Part shown: one piece after another, positions 1-12,999 of the stretch
Numbering within the stretch: the first letter of the stretch is position 1
Layout: every line of letters starts with the position of its first letter
DNA from: Nymphaea colorata
Lineage: Eukaryota
Direction: 5' to 3'
DNA: 64,000 bases
Assembly (NCBI RefSeq): GCF_008831285.2
Contig: NC_045138.2
Span: 9,920,001 to 9,984,000 of the forward strand
The notes under the pieces: model-generated
What the model saw: only the letters and a program-made list of their open reading frames with translations
What the model was told of the DNA's origin: nothing
The model's database searches: none
Made by a program: the position numbers and the translations under genes

Positions 1-470
1 ATCTTAAGTCTGACCTAGGATGATCCCTAGTCTAATTGGCCTTGGATTTTGTTCCAATTTTTTTATAAAATAATTAACAAGACAAACTTGATTTTAGTTA
101 CTTTCATTTAACATCCAAAAAAGGGGTTTGATAATCTCGGACTTGAAATCTTGAAGAGTTGAGAACATTCAATTTTAAGATCAGACCATCCCTCCTCTGA
201 TCCCAAATCTGACAATTTTTCAATGCAAAGAAGTAAAATAATGATCTTAAGTGTAGTTCCTAGGTAGGATCCTTAGTTTGATAACTGTAAATTTTAGTTG
301 CCATGGATCTTTTGTCACGTCAGTAAAAGCTTGCTACCTCAAATCCACATTAGATCCACGGACTTCAAATCTGAAATAATCAAATGCCACTTAACATACA
401 ACAAAACAAACATATGGTTGAAAAAAAAAATCAAATTTTTTTACCCTACACTAAGTGAGTGGAAGCCATG

Positions 471-745
471 TGTTGACATATGTTTTATTTGGGTCACCTA
501 TCTGGGTCTGGATCCAGGTCTACATCTGGGTCTGGATCCAGGTTTGGATCTGAACCCGATCCAGTGTGTTACTATTATTGCCCTACTTAACCTGTGTAAA
601 CCCTAATTTCTGTGTGTTAATGGAATTCTAAGAGAGAGTGTCTGGCTGCTAGTGGGCACCAGTCCTCCTCACCCGTGGGTTTTTCCCTCTCGTTGAGGGG
701 TTTCCCACGTTACATCATGTTCATCTCTTTGTCTTTATTTCTACA
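471..745 (+). repeat. 5' LTR of copia-1
   Basis: TGTTG...CTACA; direct repeat of 8695-8945 (roughly 6% mismatches by eye); 24 bp longer because of extra copies of a 12-bp (T)CTGGATC-type unit. Confidence 0.95.
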
Positions 746-757
746 TGGTATCAGAGT
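746..757 (+). other. Primer-binding site (tRNA-iMet) of copia-1
   Basis: TGGTATCAGAG immediately after the LTR CA. Confidence 0.93.
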
Positions 758-1468
758 CAAGTTGGTTTTGATTTCTCTACTGTGCTTGTGTTGGAAGAAA
801 GTTTGTGTTCTCATTGTGTAGATTGGACTGGGTATCTCTTCTCACTATTTGGGTGAGTATTTCCTGTCGCCCGACCCTGCTTGCCACTGTGAAGTTTCGG
901 CGTCCTCCCGCTGGTTGCATCGCTCTGACGACTGACATCGCCCGATGCTCTCCCTAACGTCGCCCGCTCCTCAGTCCTGCTGCTTCTTCTCCCGACGGTT
1001 CCAGTGCTCTCATGCCTGCAGCATCTTCTGGTTGTCGTCCCCAGTGTCTATAGCTTCTCTCATTCTGGTCAGCATCGTCTAGCATTGCCGGTCAGAGGTG
1101 CCCATTGTGTTCCTTTTTTTTCCTGCACCATCCAATGTCGTCTGCTTTCTCCATTGCCACCAGCATTGCCAGCTTCTTCTAGAGCTGCCTGTTCGCTCTT
1201 CCCAATGCCGCCAGTGCTACTATCTACTCTGCCCAGTGTCACCTGCCCTCCCAGCGCTGTCTGCTCTGCTTGCCTGTGTTGCCATCGACTGAACAGTCTT
1301 GCTGTTAACACCATAAAAGTCTGCTCGTTGCCTCCTTCATCATGTCTCTGTCGTCGCCAGGTTTCTCCACTATGTACCATGTTTCCTTTGTGTATGCTGC
1401 CTTTGCACAGCTGCTCTCTTGTTTTGTCGTGTGCATTCGTTCTCTTGTTGTTGTGTTGAACCTTGATA

Positions 1469-4400
1469 ATGGCAGAGTCAACTTCATCTACTGTCAATAT
1501 GGGTCAGGCTGATGTTGGGGATTCTAGAACTGAAAATGTCCCAGTTCAAGTTACTACCATTCACCTTACCAAGGAAAATTATCTTCAATTGTCCACTGCC
1601 ATCACTATGGGGATTGCTGGTCGAGGCCGAATCGCCTATGTAAATGGGAGGAAGGTTGAACCTGTTGAGACTAGTGTTGCTTGGGACACTTGGTTTCTTG
1701 AGGACAACCAAGTTAAAACTTGGATTGTCAATTATGTATCCTCTGATATTCAAACCCTCATCCTTCGTAAGAGGACTGCGAGAGATATGGCTTATCTTAT
1801 AACAAAAGTATGGCCAGAAGAAGAAAACTGTTTGAGTGTATCAACTGATGAATGATGTCTATGCACTTCGGCAAGGGATCTCTCTATGGCAAACTTTTAT
1901 GAAGCATTGAAGTCCAAATGGGAGGAACTTGACTACTATTCTGATGATACTTGGAATTGCCCTCAAGGCCAAGTATGTCATGTAGCCAAAGAATGGGAAA
2001 ATAGGGTATTCTTATTCTTAGCCAGACTGAATGATGACTTTGAAGGTATAAGGAGCCAAATCCTTAATTTGAAAGAATTGGTTACTATTGAAGATGTCTA
2101 CTCCCGTGTTGAAGCTGAAGAGCAAAGGCGTCTAGTTATAAATGGGAGAAAGGGGGATCAGACCTCACATAATGAAAGGTCTGCTTTGGTTAGTCGTGCT
2201 CCTATGGGAGCTGCCCGACCTCCTCGAAAATGTACGCACTGCAAGAAAACATGTCATACCATGGAGTTTTGTTGGGACCTACATCCTGAAAAGAAGAATA
2301 GTAAGGGGAAGTCTTCTAGTGGCAAGAAGTCTGCTTCTGATGTTGCAACTCTAATGGAGAGAAAGCTTATATCTTTGCTGACCAGATTCGTGAGCTTCGT
2401 GCTTATCTGAGTCAGATTGATGTTGGTTAGGCCGAAGTGGCAGATGATGTAAAAGTCAACCATGCTCTTACAATTTCTGGAGAAAAAGGTAATTCTTGTA
2501 TGGGAGAATGGATTGTTGACAGTAGTGCCACTCACCACATGACTGGCAATCTTAAGTTCTTCCATGAGTATAAGCTCTCATCAAGAAAGGAACGTATTTC
2601 TCTTGCCGATTGTTTCTTTACTTCTGTGGCGGGAAAATGGAGTCTTTCTTTGTTAAACAAATTTTTAGTGCATGGTGCCTTACATGTTCCTCATCTTCCC
2701 TTGAATCTTTTGTCTGTCAGCAAAATTACAAATGAGTTGAATTGTGAACTCATATTTTCTGCAAATTGTCAGACTTGGTGACAAGGAAGAGGATTGGGAT
2801 TGGTTTGGTGTCTGGACACTTATATCGACTTCCCATCCGTGTAGCCACAGCTCTTATGACAGTAGTTAGCAGGACAAAGAATAAGGGAGAAGATTGCCTT
2901 TAGGTACTTTTGTATTGGCATGAATGCCTTGGGCATCTCCCTTTTGGGATTTTGAAATAGTTATTTCCTGATTTATGTTATAGTTTGGACATATCTATGT
3001 TATCTTGTGATGTTTGTCAGTTTGCTAAACATGTTAGGGCTTCATACCCTGTTTCTAACAGTTGTGTTAATGAATTTCCTTGATTCATTCTGATGTGTGG
3101 GGGCCTTCAGGAATTAATACTCATTGTGATCTTCAGTATTTTATAACCTTTATAAATGATTACTCAATGAGTACCTTTGTTTACCTGTTAAAAGACCGTA
3201 GTGAAGTGCCTCATGTCATAGAGACATTCATTCTTCTTGTGGAGACCTAATATGGTAGTTCTGTTAAGACCTTTCAGTCTGATAATGCTCGTGAGTATGT
3301 ATGTCAAGTTGTTGAAGATTTCTTTCGAAAAAGGGGGATTGTTCATGAGACATCCTGCAATTATACCCCTTCACAAAATGGGGTAGCTGGGAAGAAAAAT
3401 CGTCAATTACTCAATGTCACCAGGTGTCACACCCCAATCTTTTTACCCTCTAACAAATTTTTTTTTTGTTAACATAAAGCATTGAAGTGTGCTGACACAA
3501 CAATTCAAAAAGAGATGAGCCAAGCAATTCAAAACAATGGGGCAACCTTTCATTTATATAACAACTTTGATTCATACATATCATTGATGTCTAACAAAAA
3601 TGAGACATCAATACAAGCAAAGCAAGACGCGTCGGCACTACAAAAACAAAACCCAAAACCTCCCCAGTAGGACGTGAGTGAAGCCATCTTCTCAGTCTGC
3701 TGCCCCGGGTCCGCCAAAACCTGAAAAAGGAAACAACTGAAGGCTTAGTCTTCGCAGTATGTCAACAAGCCAGGAAAAATACCAAACTCTCTCAGGTAGG
3801 GCACAAATATGAGAACAAACGTCAAAACTATCTATCATCATGTCGTGTCAGGGCACGACATGCAGAGGCCACTTAATGGCTACAATAACACAATTTCAAT
3901 CATATGCAAGGCATGCTTAAACATTTCATTTGCACTCATAAGCCCAACATTCACATGCACATCAATCTCAAACATTCAATCATATACATTACATTTTCAT
4001 TAACTTTAGTGAATTAACAGTTCCTGTAGGTGCAACACAAGCACGTGCACACCGTGGGTGGCTTACAGCCGAGAGACAACCCCCGTGGTGGCCCAGAATA
4101 GTATGGATCCATTTCACCCATTGCAGCGGTAGAGCACTCATCCATGGATGTGTGAATTCCAAGAAGAGATACTCAGCCTTCCCTATGACACCCAGGTTGG
4201 GAAGGCGGGAGCCCAACGCTCCAAGCACAAAACACAACAAAACCCTGGGACATTGCACCGCCTACGTTCTGAACAGGCGAGACCAGTGGCAAAAGCGTGA
4301 CGTCTCCCAATACATAGCCACATCCAACTGGCCTCTCATCTCTTATTCATTCATTCTTATCATTATAATTACACGTTCACAAGATGACTGGCTAGCTCAT

Positions 4401-7400
4401 GAGGTTGGTACACTTCACGAGTGCACCCACACCTCCAATTGCCTCCACACGAGGTCTACACATAACATTAACAGTCATTGCTAGCTGTCATACAATACGG
4501 GTACAACTACCCTCCAATTCATCCATTTGCATCATTGCCTACGGCAATATGTATGCAACCAAATACGACCTTCACATCAATTATCACATCAATCACATCT
4601 TTGAAAAAAACTTAGCCAAACCACAAAGAGTAGTCTCGATCTGCGATTGGTTAGTAGCTGTCCTATGCAGTTATCATTCTAGAATGCTTTCTAATGCACA
4701 ATTGGGGTCGAGGAGATGCTCGACTCGATACCCCACCTCATCCGTCCTAAACAGTTATCAATTCTAGCATGCACATGCAAATGCGTCATATTTTCAAAAC
4801 AAACTACTAATAGCCTTTCAAAGCAATTCATATCATATATCAAATCATGTGCATGCATACATACATTCATTCACAAAACAATCAATCAATTCACATCACA
4901 ATCCTAGGATCCCACGATCTTAAGAACACACATTCACACATTTGCCCCAGGCAAGGATTTTCTTGGAATGCCGCCATACCTGTAGCGCACTCACAAAACT
5001 CTTCAAAATGCCTCGAGCTTCGAATCTGGCAGCTCAAGGTCGACAGGACGTGCCCAGTGTACCTGCAGACATAAACAAAAGATAAGATTTCTACTAATTA
5101 GCTTATCGATCTAAACAAAGATAAAACAAAATCATTGAGGCACATGTCATCGCCTCAAGAAGGTGTCGACGGGTAGTGTCAGACTACAAGCCCTCTAATA
5201 GGACACCTCCCAACTTCTCGCCGTTGCCACCAAACGTCAAAACCCAATGCTTTGATCAATCCATCCTTGACACATTCTTAAATGCTTTCTATAGTTAAAG
5301 CGTCTTCCCCACGAATACACCTGAATTACATGTTCTTCTCCAACTAACACCACAATACGCCCGTTGACAAAAGCTTGTACCACATGCTCATCAAAACGAT
5401 TCTAAATCTTCTCACCCACTTCAAATCTCTATCATGCTTCCCTATTGCTTCGAAAATTAACTCATCATACTTAAATGATCATTATAGACATGAATCAACA
5501 CTTCTCCAACATAATCCTAAACATTCTCCAAAAAACCAAGTCGCTAACATGCCTCCCTAAACATCAAATTCTAACTTCTAGCATGCTCAAACAAAAAATA
5601 TTCGACAATTTAGGTTTCATTTAGCCTTACCCACCCCAAATTTAGTGTCCAAACTGCCGCAATGTTCTTGGCAGCCGCCTCAAGCATTCGAAAGGCCCCC
5701 AAATGGCTAGAATCCCTCCATGCCGCCACCACCAATGCCTTCACCCCACTGCTATGTGGGGAAACAAATGTGTCCCCAAGCTGCACATTGACCAAAAAGC
5801 CCTAAACGAGTCAAAAATCGACCAAAGGGAGTTCAGACGGAGTGGAGAAACGGGCAGAGAGGGTAGGGCAGACAGAGAGGGGAGAGACGGTCAGAGATAG
5901 AGGGTTCAGACGGTGAGGGAAGTGTCTGTGCAGGATGGAGGAGGAGAAGGAGGAAGAGGAAGAGGAAGGAGGAAAAGGCGAGGGAGAAGGGAGAAGGAGG
6001 CAAGAGAAGGAGGGAATGAGAGCTCGAGCAAGGAGGAGAGGGACAACGTGCGTGGAAGGAGAGAGCGCTGCAGAGAGGGAAGAATGCGCAGGAGAGAAGG
6101 GGAGAGGCAGACAGAGAGGGCGAGAGAGGGAGCTTACCCGCGTGCTGTTGTCGCTGATCAACCCACCGCCCTATTCTTCTCTGAGTTGCGGTCATGGCTG
6201 AGGGAGAAACATAGAGGGGAAACGAGGGAGAAGGAGAAACGAGGGAGAAGGAGACGGCATCAGGTTCCTTATGCGCGTGGAGCTCGGGTTCGGGTCTGGA
6301 CCCTAACCCGACTCGACCTACAAAAAGCCGAGCGTTACACCAGGGCCCTCTTGTTTCAAAGGATTCTTCCAAAACAATATTGGGGTGATGCAATTCTCAC
6401 TAGTACATATCTGATCAATCATATGCCTAGTCATGAGCTAAATGGGCAGACTCCCCCCTCTATGCTTCCAGGGAGTCATCAACCCTTTCTCCTTCCACCT
6501 CGTGTCTTTGGAAGTGTTTGCTTTATTCATGATCATAGTCCTCATGTTAAAAAACTTGATCCGAGGTCAATTAAGGGTGTTTTTGTTGGATATTCTCCTA
6601 CTCAAAAGGGGTATAAGTGTCTTGATCCTACCACTAGTCGAGTTTATGTTACCAAGGATGTCACCTTCTTGGAACATGTCCCTTACTTTTGTGAGAATCC
6701 TCTTTAGGGGAAGAGGTCTATGTCAAGGGAAAAGTATTCTCCGAGTCAAGAAATTCAATTTACAGATTTGTTGTAGTACAAGTGAGAAAGGAGTCCACCG
6801 GTTATTGAGGTGCTTGAACATGAGAGGAATGAAGAGTGCTCCACTGGGACGGAAGAGGAATGTAATCGCTTGTTTGGGCATGTGTACTCTAGGCAAAGAG
6901 TTTGTACAGATAAGGTGACTGATTGTGAGAATTCTACTCCTAATCTCAATCCTACTTCTTCCCTGGACCCATGTCGTACTCAGAAGGAACCTGTTGAGGA
7001 AGACATTCAGACAGAAACTGAAAAAAGGAGCTTCTCATTGCCCTGAGAAATGGTGTCAGGTCATGTACTCAACACCTTATTGGTAACTTTGTATCATATT
7101 CTAGACTTAGCACAGATTACAAATGTTTTGTATCATCTCTTTCTTTGGTTGTGATTCCCAAGACTATTATAGAGGTTCAGAGTGATCCCAAGTGAACTCC
7201 TGCTATGCAAGAAGAGATGGAATGCTTGAGCAGAAACTGGACATGAGAAGTGGTAGAGATCCCTGATGCGGCTCATTTGGTTGGATCCAAGTGGGTCTAC
7301 ACCATTAAGTACAAACCAGATGGTAATGTTGAGAGGTACAAACATCGCTTGGTTGCCAAGGGGTTTAGTCAGAAATATAGGATTTACTACTTGGAAACAT

Positions 7401-8806
7401 TTGCTCTTGTTGCGAAGATGAAGACTGTTAGAGTTATTATTTTTCTAGCAGTATTGAAGGAGTGGAAGATGTACCAACTTGACGTTAAGAAATATTTTCT
7501 CAATGGAGATCTTGAATAAGAAGTGTATATGTGTATCCTCCCAGGATATGAGAAACCGAGAAAATGTTGTAAACTGAAGAAGGCTTTGTATGGGCTCAAG
7601 CAGTCTCCCCGAGTATGGTTTGAACATCTTAGACTTGTAATGAGAAAACATGACTACAATCAAGGAAATTGAGATCATACTCTACTTGTAAAAAGGAATG
7701 AAGGTAAGGTTACTCTTTTGTTAGTCTATATTGATGATATGATTGTTACATGTGATGATAAATATGAGATAACAAGATTAAAGGGTTTACTGGCTGCTGA
7801 ATTTGATCTCAAGGACCTTGAAAAACTAAGATATTTTCTTGGTATTGAAATTGATAGATTAGGTACGACCCTTGTGCTAAATCAAAGAAAGTATACTCTG
7901 AATTTACTGAATGAGACAGGAAAACTAGGGCATAGACCGGCTTCTACTCCTCTGGATGCTGGACACAAACTCAGTATTAAGGATGGAGAACCTCTTTGTG
8001 AAGAAACTAAGGGAAGGTATCAACGTCTGGTTGAAAGATTGATCTACCTCGCTTTGACTAGACCTGATATCATCTTTGTCGTAAATGTGATGGGCCAGTT
8101 TATGCACGCGCCTACAGATACTCACTTGAAGACTATCGACAAAATCTTGTGTTACTTGAAGAGGAATCCTGGCATGGGGCTTCTATATGTGAAACAAGGG
8201 TCGATTGAGATTGAAGGGTATTCAGATGCAGACTGGGTAGGTTGTGTAGATACTAGAAGATCTACTTCAGGGTACTGCATCTACTTGGAGGGGAATCTTG
8301 TTGATTGGAGGAGCAAGAGACAAGATGTTTGTTTCCACTCAAGTGCAGAGACTGAATATAGGGTTGTTGCTATTGGAGTGTCAGAATTATTGTGGCTGAA
8401 AGTATTACTCACTGACATTGGGATAGAGACTGAAGGATCTATGAAGATGTACTGTGATAACAAGTCCACAATCAATCTGGCCAACAACCCTGTGTTACAT
8501 GACCGAACAAAGCATGTCAAGATTGACCGTCACTTCATCCGGAAGAGAATTGATGTTAGGGAGTTGATTCTACCATATATGAAATCTGAAGACCAAACTA
8601 CTGATGTTCTGACTAAAGCCTTACCTGTGACTCAGTTTGAGAGAAATGTATCTAAGTTGGGCATGTTTGATATGCATGTCCAACTTGAGGGGAGTGTTGA
8701 CATATGTTGTATTTGGGTCACCTATCTGGATCTGGATCTGGGTCTAGATCTGAACCTGATCCAGTGTGTTACTGTTATGGCCCTACTTAACATGTGTAAA
8801 TCCTAA
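1469..8806 (+). pseudogene. copia-1 gag-pol pseudogene (many stops/frameshifts; split by insertion 3425-6339)
   Basis: gag (LTKENYLQ), zinc knuckle CTHCKKTCHTMEFC, protease WIVDSSATHHM, integrase ...RQLLNVTR|ALLFQ..., GYSPTQKGYKC, RT RLVAKGFSQ and LVYIDDM, RNase H GYSDADW; last ORF reads into the 3' LTR. Confidence 0.93.
3425..6339 (-). mobile_element. Solo LTR of a Ty3/gypsy element (Tekay/Del-like), 2915 bp, inserted in the copia-1 integrase
   Basis: Minus-strand termini TGTAACGC...GGGGTGTGACA; perfect 5-bp TSD CCAGG (3420-3424, 6340-6344); removing it rejoins the integrase NVTR/ALLFQ; no internal gag/pol; homologous to 60875-64000. Lineage call is inferred from the termini and size. Confidence 0.9.
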
Positions 8807-8945
8807 TTTCTGTATGTTAACGGAATTCTAAGAGAGAGTGTCTGGCTGCTAGTGGGCACCAATCCTCCTCACCCGTGGTTTTTTCCCTCTCGTTGAGGGG
8901 TTTTCCACGTTACATCGTGTTCATCTCTTTGTCTTTATTTCTACA
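8695..8945 (+). repeat. 3' LTR of copia-1
   Basis: Follows the PPT; direct repeat of 471-745. Confidence 0.95.
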
Positions 8946-9475
8946 CCATATATAGAAGGCCAATGCAGTCTCCATTTCACAGGCCTCCTGGTCCATGGCT
9001 GTACTGAAATTTGAGCATAGAAATGATACATCATCAACTTGGTGTCATCACTCGATACCATTAGCCCATGGAGTCTAACTGAAGACGTGGGTCTTCACCG
9101 TGCCATTGCATGACCAGTAATGTTATGCCTGTTAAAGTTTCATAACTTTTTACTCAAGCTAAGGATTTTACTTGAATTTACTTATTTCTTGGCAATGATG
9201 TGTATCGTAATCAAGAAACACAAGTGGCTGATTTTTAATTTGTATATTTAATCCAATAGTACTTGAAACGTAATTTACCGTAGGCATGTTGAGCCTCAAG
9301 ACTTTTTGTGACAAGCATATATTCAAGTGTGCATTTCTAATCATAATAATTTTGAACTCTAACTACTCTATTGTTGTGTTTGTCTTTTCTTTTTCCTTTT
9401 CAATTACATTTAATGATGTCCAAGCAAGAAGTGGGTGTCACCAAGATTGTTAGCGCACACACATATATGTGCGTA

Positions 9476-9511
<36 letters not shown>
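9476..9511. repeat. (TG)n(TA)n microsatellite
   Basis: Direct reading. Confidence 0.9.
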
Positions 9512-9964
9512 GTGAGAGGGAGAGAGAAAACAATTGGGCCATATAACCTGATTGGAACACACCAAACAACTCTCTTTTTCTCTCCCAAGCGAAGGTCGAA
9601 AAGTTTACTAAAAGCACCTTAAAAGACCGAAAGGTATACTTGCGAGTCATATATAACCTATTAAAAGTTGAGGAGAGATGCTTGGGTGATCTATTGATCT
9701 AAAGATTATGAAAACAAATATCTTAAAACATGATGACAATTTCAATTAATTATGACTATATTAATCAAACTGAATGATTGATTACAAAGTATCCTGCTTA
9801 AGATAACATTCTTTAAAGTCAAACTTTTATTGAATAAATGCTTCAAGTCATTTACATTTGTTGCACACTTTAAGTTTTGCTTCAAGGTTCAAGAATATAT
9901 CCATATAAATGGATAAAATTTTAACGTAAAATATCTGTAAGGGGTGTTGTTTATCTCTACCATA

Positions 9965-10195
9965 AAACCTTCAGGATTTGAGAGGCATGGATCTACGATC
10001 AGACCCTTTCCCCATTCGACTTTGAATCTGACATTTCTCAAGTGTGGGTCTTAATTTTAATTTAAATCCTTAGTTTGATGAACTATGGATTTTACCATGT
10101 ATTTTTTGCCATACCAGTAACAGCATGCCACATGAGATAGATATATATCGAATCCATGGATGTTAAATTCTAATTAATAAAATGCCTCCTAAAAG
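9965..10195 (+). repeat. Diverged copy of the ~145-395 segment (unclassified repeat)
   Basis: Collinear shared words GATCAGACC, AATCTGACA, ATCCTTAGTTTGAT, CAGTAA.AGC, ATCCA.GGA, AAATGCC. Confidence 0.6.
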
Positions 10196-12170
10196 TTTCA
10201 AAAAATTAAAGCTCTTATCCTTCTCATTTAAAAAAAAAAAAACAATCTAGAGAATTTTTTGTTAATTTTTGTATTTGTATACCATTATGCATTCATTTAT
10301 ATGGTTAGTTTTATGAAAAAAATTTAAAACATTGGAGGACACACTTATGAGGCATGAAGTAATTCTTACATTATGTGTTCCTAAATATATTTTTAGGTGC
10401 TTCTTAGTATGTTTTAAGTTGTTTTTGATAAACCTAACTGCATAGATAAGTTAACATGTTCAAGAACTGTATGAGTAAAAAGCCAATCATGAAAATCATC
10501 ATGTAGCTTACATATTACTTAAAAGAATATAAATCATTATTTTTTTATTTTACATAAAATCTGATGGACATATATGGGGCTTTCTTGCTTGTCTAAAGAT
10601 TAGATATAAGCACTTCACTTTCATTTGTATAGTTTAAATTTGTATAAAACGACAAACGTTATATGAAAAATTGGTATATCCCAAACCACACAGGGACAAA
10701 AAGCACACCTACTGAATTCTTGTCCAAATTGTTCTGAAAAGAATACAGAAATTCTACTATGTTTGTGAATAACAATTCAACATAAAACTTGTATTATTTC
10801 AAGTTGTTTTTAAGAAAAACATTTACTTTTCAACGATAAAAAAAATCATTGTCATAAAACCAGTTCAGTTTTTTTTATTAATAGAAAAACAGGTTAAACT
10901 AAACACATGCCTGACGTAATGTATAATTCTCATTAAAGCAGAATTAAGATCATATTTATAAGGCTAAGTTATACAAAATAATACTTTAGAAATCAGTTTT
11001 AGATTGTCTAATTTTTTGTCACTGACCTAGTGATCTGGGATCTACCGATTATTCTACATTATATACGGAGAAACTAGCAAGGTGAAGATCCTTAGGTGCT
11101 AGACTTATCAGGAATAATTTGAGCCTCTAATTTTTTTCACATTGACATTTGAGAGAAATAGGAGGTGGAAAAGTTTTGAACTTATATTAGCTGACCAAAT
11201 GCCTTATCTTTGTTTATCTTTTTATCTCAACCATTGATTTAAACTAAATCAAGGGTGTCCAATGTCAAATATTGTCATATGCCTAAAAATAAAAAATATG
11301 TCGCTAAAAAATAGTTATTACAAAGGGCATCAATGAAGTTTTATGGTTTTACAATGGTTTAAGATGTTTTTTTTTTACTAACTACTTATATTGCATCTAG
11401 TGACAAATTTTATAATTTTAGCCATTTACAAATATATGCCATCCGATGAATTTGAATTCTCTTATATATATGTACACACACGTCACATAGACCACTGTTA
11501 ATGACATTTAGTAGACCAGATCTAAGAATGAAAAGTATAAAATGGGTAAATAATGTTGAAACATATAGTGCCCATATCTTTCATTTTTAGTGGGGTCATT
11601 TCAAGCATAATATAAGCTTGAATGCCCGTATCGCTCTTTTATCTCCTATTAATAAAATTTTGTTCATCGTATTAATTGTACAATATATGGTCCATAGAAT
11701 ATATAGCCCGTTTTTGAAATTCTCATAAACATGCCGACTTTTATAAGGACTGAAGACCAACACTTTTATATATATTGAAAACTGGTCCTCATAAAATCAC
11801 ATTAATAGGCTGAATTTCATCAATTTCCTTTTCCAAGATGTCGAACTTTTGAAGAGTGGACTGCTGGCTGCTGGCGCAAGTGGCACAATCTATGACGGTC
11901 ATCCCACCTCACCTAAAGTCTAGATCTCGTATATATAGTCAATGAATTTAACACTTCCCCGTTTATGGTATGGCTGTCCAACCGGTCTTTTTTTTTTAAT
12001 CTGATTCATGATGAAATTTGAAGGTTTAAGTTTGTAAGGTATGACGATCTCGTAATATTTGAATTGCATCTCTCTCTCAATAAAATCTAATATTTGAATA
12101 TAGTCTTCCCTTATGCCAATAACTTGGTGTAGCGGGCGGCCTCCTCTGCGTCGACGCAATGGGCGTCCAG

Positions 12171-12490
12171 TTGCTGCGAGGAGGCACCGTCGTCTACCCT
12201 GCGCAGCTCCGGCGATGCTTGTCGGGGCCTCGCCGGCGGTCGACGACTCTTCCCACAGCAAAAAAAAAATGCAGTGGGGAAGCACCATCGCCTCCCCTGC
12301 GCAGCTCCGGTGATGCTCGCCAGGGTCTCTCCGGTGGTCGGGCCCGTTAGACCCCTGAGGCATCGCCGGAGCCGGGCAGGGAGGCAACGGTGCCTCCCGA
12401 CTGCTTTTTTTCTTTTTTTTTTTTTGGCTGAGGAGAGGCACCGCCACCTCTTTTTTCTGAAGGTGGAGGCGGCCGCCGCTTCCTCCTTTC
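12171..12490. repeat. GC-rich fold-back element (direct plus inverted copies of a ~70-bp unit), probably transposon-derived
   Basis: 12260-12335 is an imperfect reverse complement of ~12345-12411; 12171-12245 is a direct copy of the left arm. Confidence 0.75.
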
Positions 12491-12640
12491 AAAAAAAAAT
12501 TGCTCAGGAGCAAATCTTTTCAGAGTAGCCAACTGCATCTCTCCCTACAAACGGTAGGGCATCAGACTTTTTTTTTTTTAAGTTCTTTTTTCCATAACAA
12601 GTGGCACACCTTGCTCAAAAACAAGTGGAGTAAAGAAAAC

Positions 12641-12644
<4 letters not shown>

Positions 12645-12686
<42 letters not shown>
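12645..12686. repeat. (TA)n microsatellite
   Basis: Direct reading. Confidence 0.95.
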
Positions 12687-12690
<4 letters not shown>

Positions 12691-12999
12691 GAATTGGATG
12701 TCTGATGGAATCATTTCAAAAATTTTGGTTATGGAAAAAAAATTAATATCAGATTAAAAAATCTGATTGCTTGGAATTTAAGAAATGAAATGCGATCAGA
12801 TGTGAATTCGGATATAAAAATATCCGATCAGATTCGGATACAGATTAGATCGGATTTATTTTTAAACAAATATCTTATTTCTAATGCACTTCCAATGCAA
12901 TCCTGTTGGGGGGAAGGCCCCCGACCATTTTATTGAAGAACTCTGGACAAAAGATACAAAAGAGTGGAAGAAATGTACACAAAAACGTCACTTATAGAA

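Larger units (their letters stand above)
471..8945 (+). mobile_element. Ty1/copia LTR retrotransposon (copia-1), full length, decayed, interrupted by a gypsy solo LTR
   Basis: TG...CA LTRs at 471-745 and 8695-8945; PBS TGGTATCAGAG at 746; PPT GAGGGGAG 8687-8694; TSD CCATG/CCATA (466-470, 8946-8950); gag-PR-INT-RT-RNaseH order. Confidence 0.96.

Noticed and set aside
1004..1497. Cys/Leu-rich ORFs in the copia-1 leader (possible extra or env-like gene)
   Set aside because: Low-complexity CT/GC-rich 5' leader, no recognisable domain, non-ATG start on the plus strand.
3989..4767. ORFs apparently shared between the two gypsy LTR copies (e.g. LGALGSRLPNLGV at 3989-4258 and 63366-63722)
   Set aside because: Similarity appears in frames on both strands and is broken by a frameshift between copies; it reflects nucleotide homology, not coding constraint.
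3425..6339. Retrozyme (hammerhead ribozyme LTR element)
   Set aside because: I did not spot a CTGANGA...GAAA hammerhead core by eye, and the element is much longer than typical retrozyme LTRs; an Rfam scan would be needed to exclude it fully.
5811..6393. Long S/P/L- and E/R/G-rich ORFs (also 60864-61389)
   Set aside because: Produced by the CT/GA-rich tract of the gypsy LTR.
11920..12538. 197-aa and overlapping ORFs
   Set aside because: Open frames arise from the GC-rich fold-back repeat with homopolymer runs; no domain, no convincing start.
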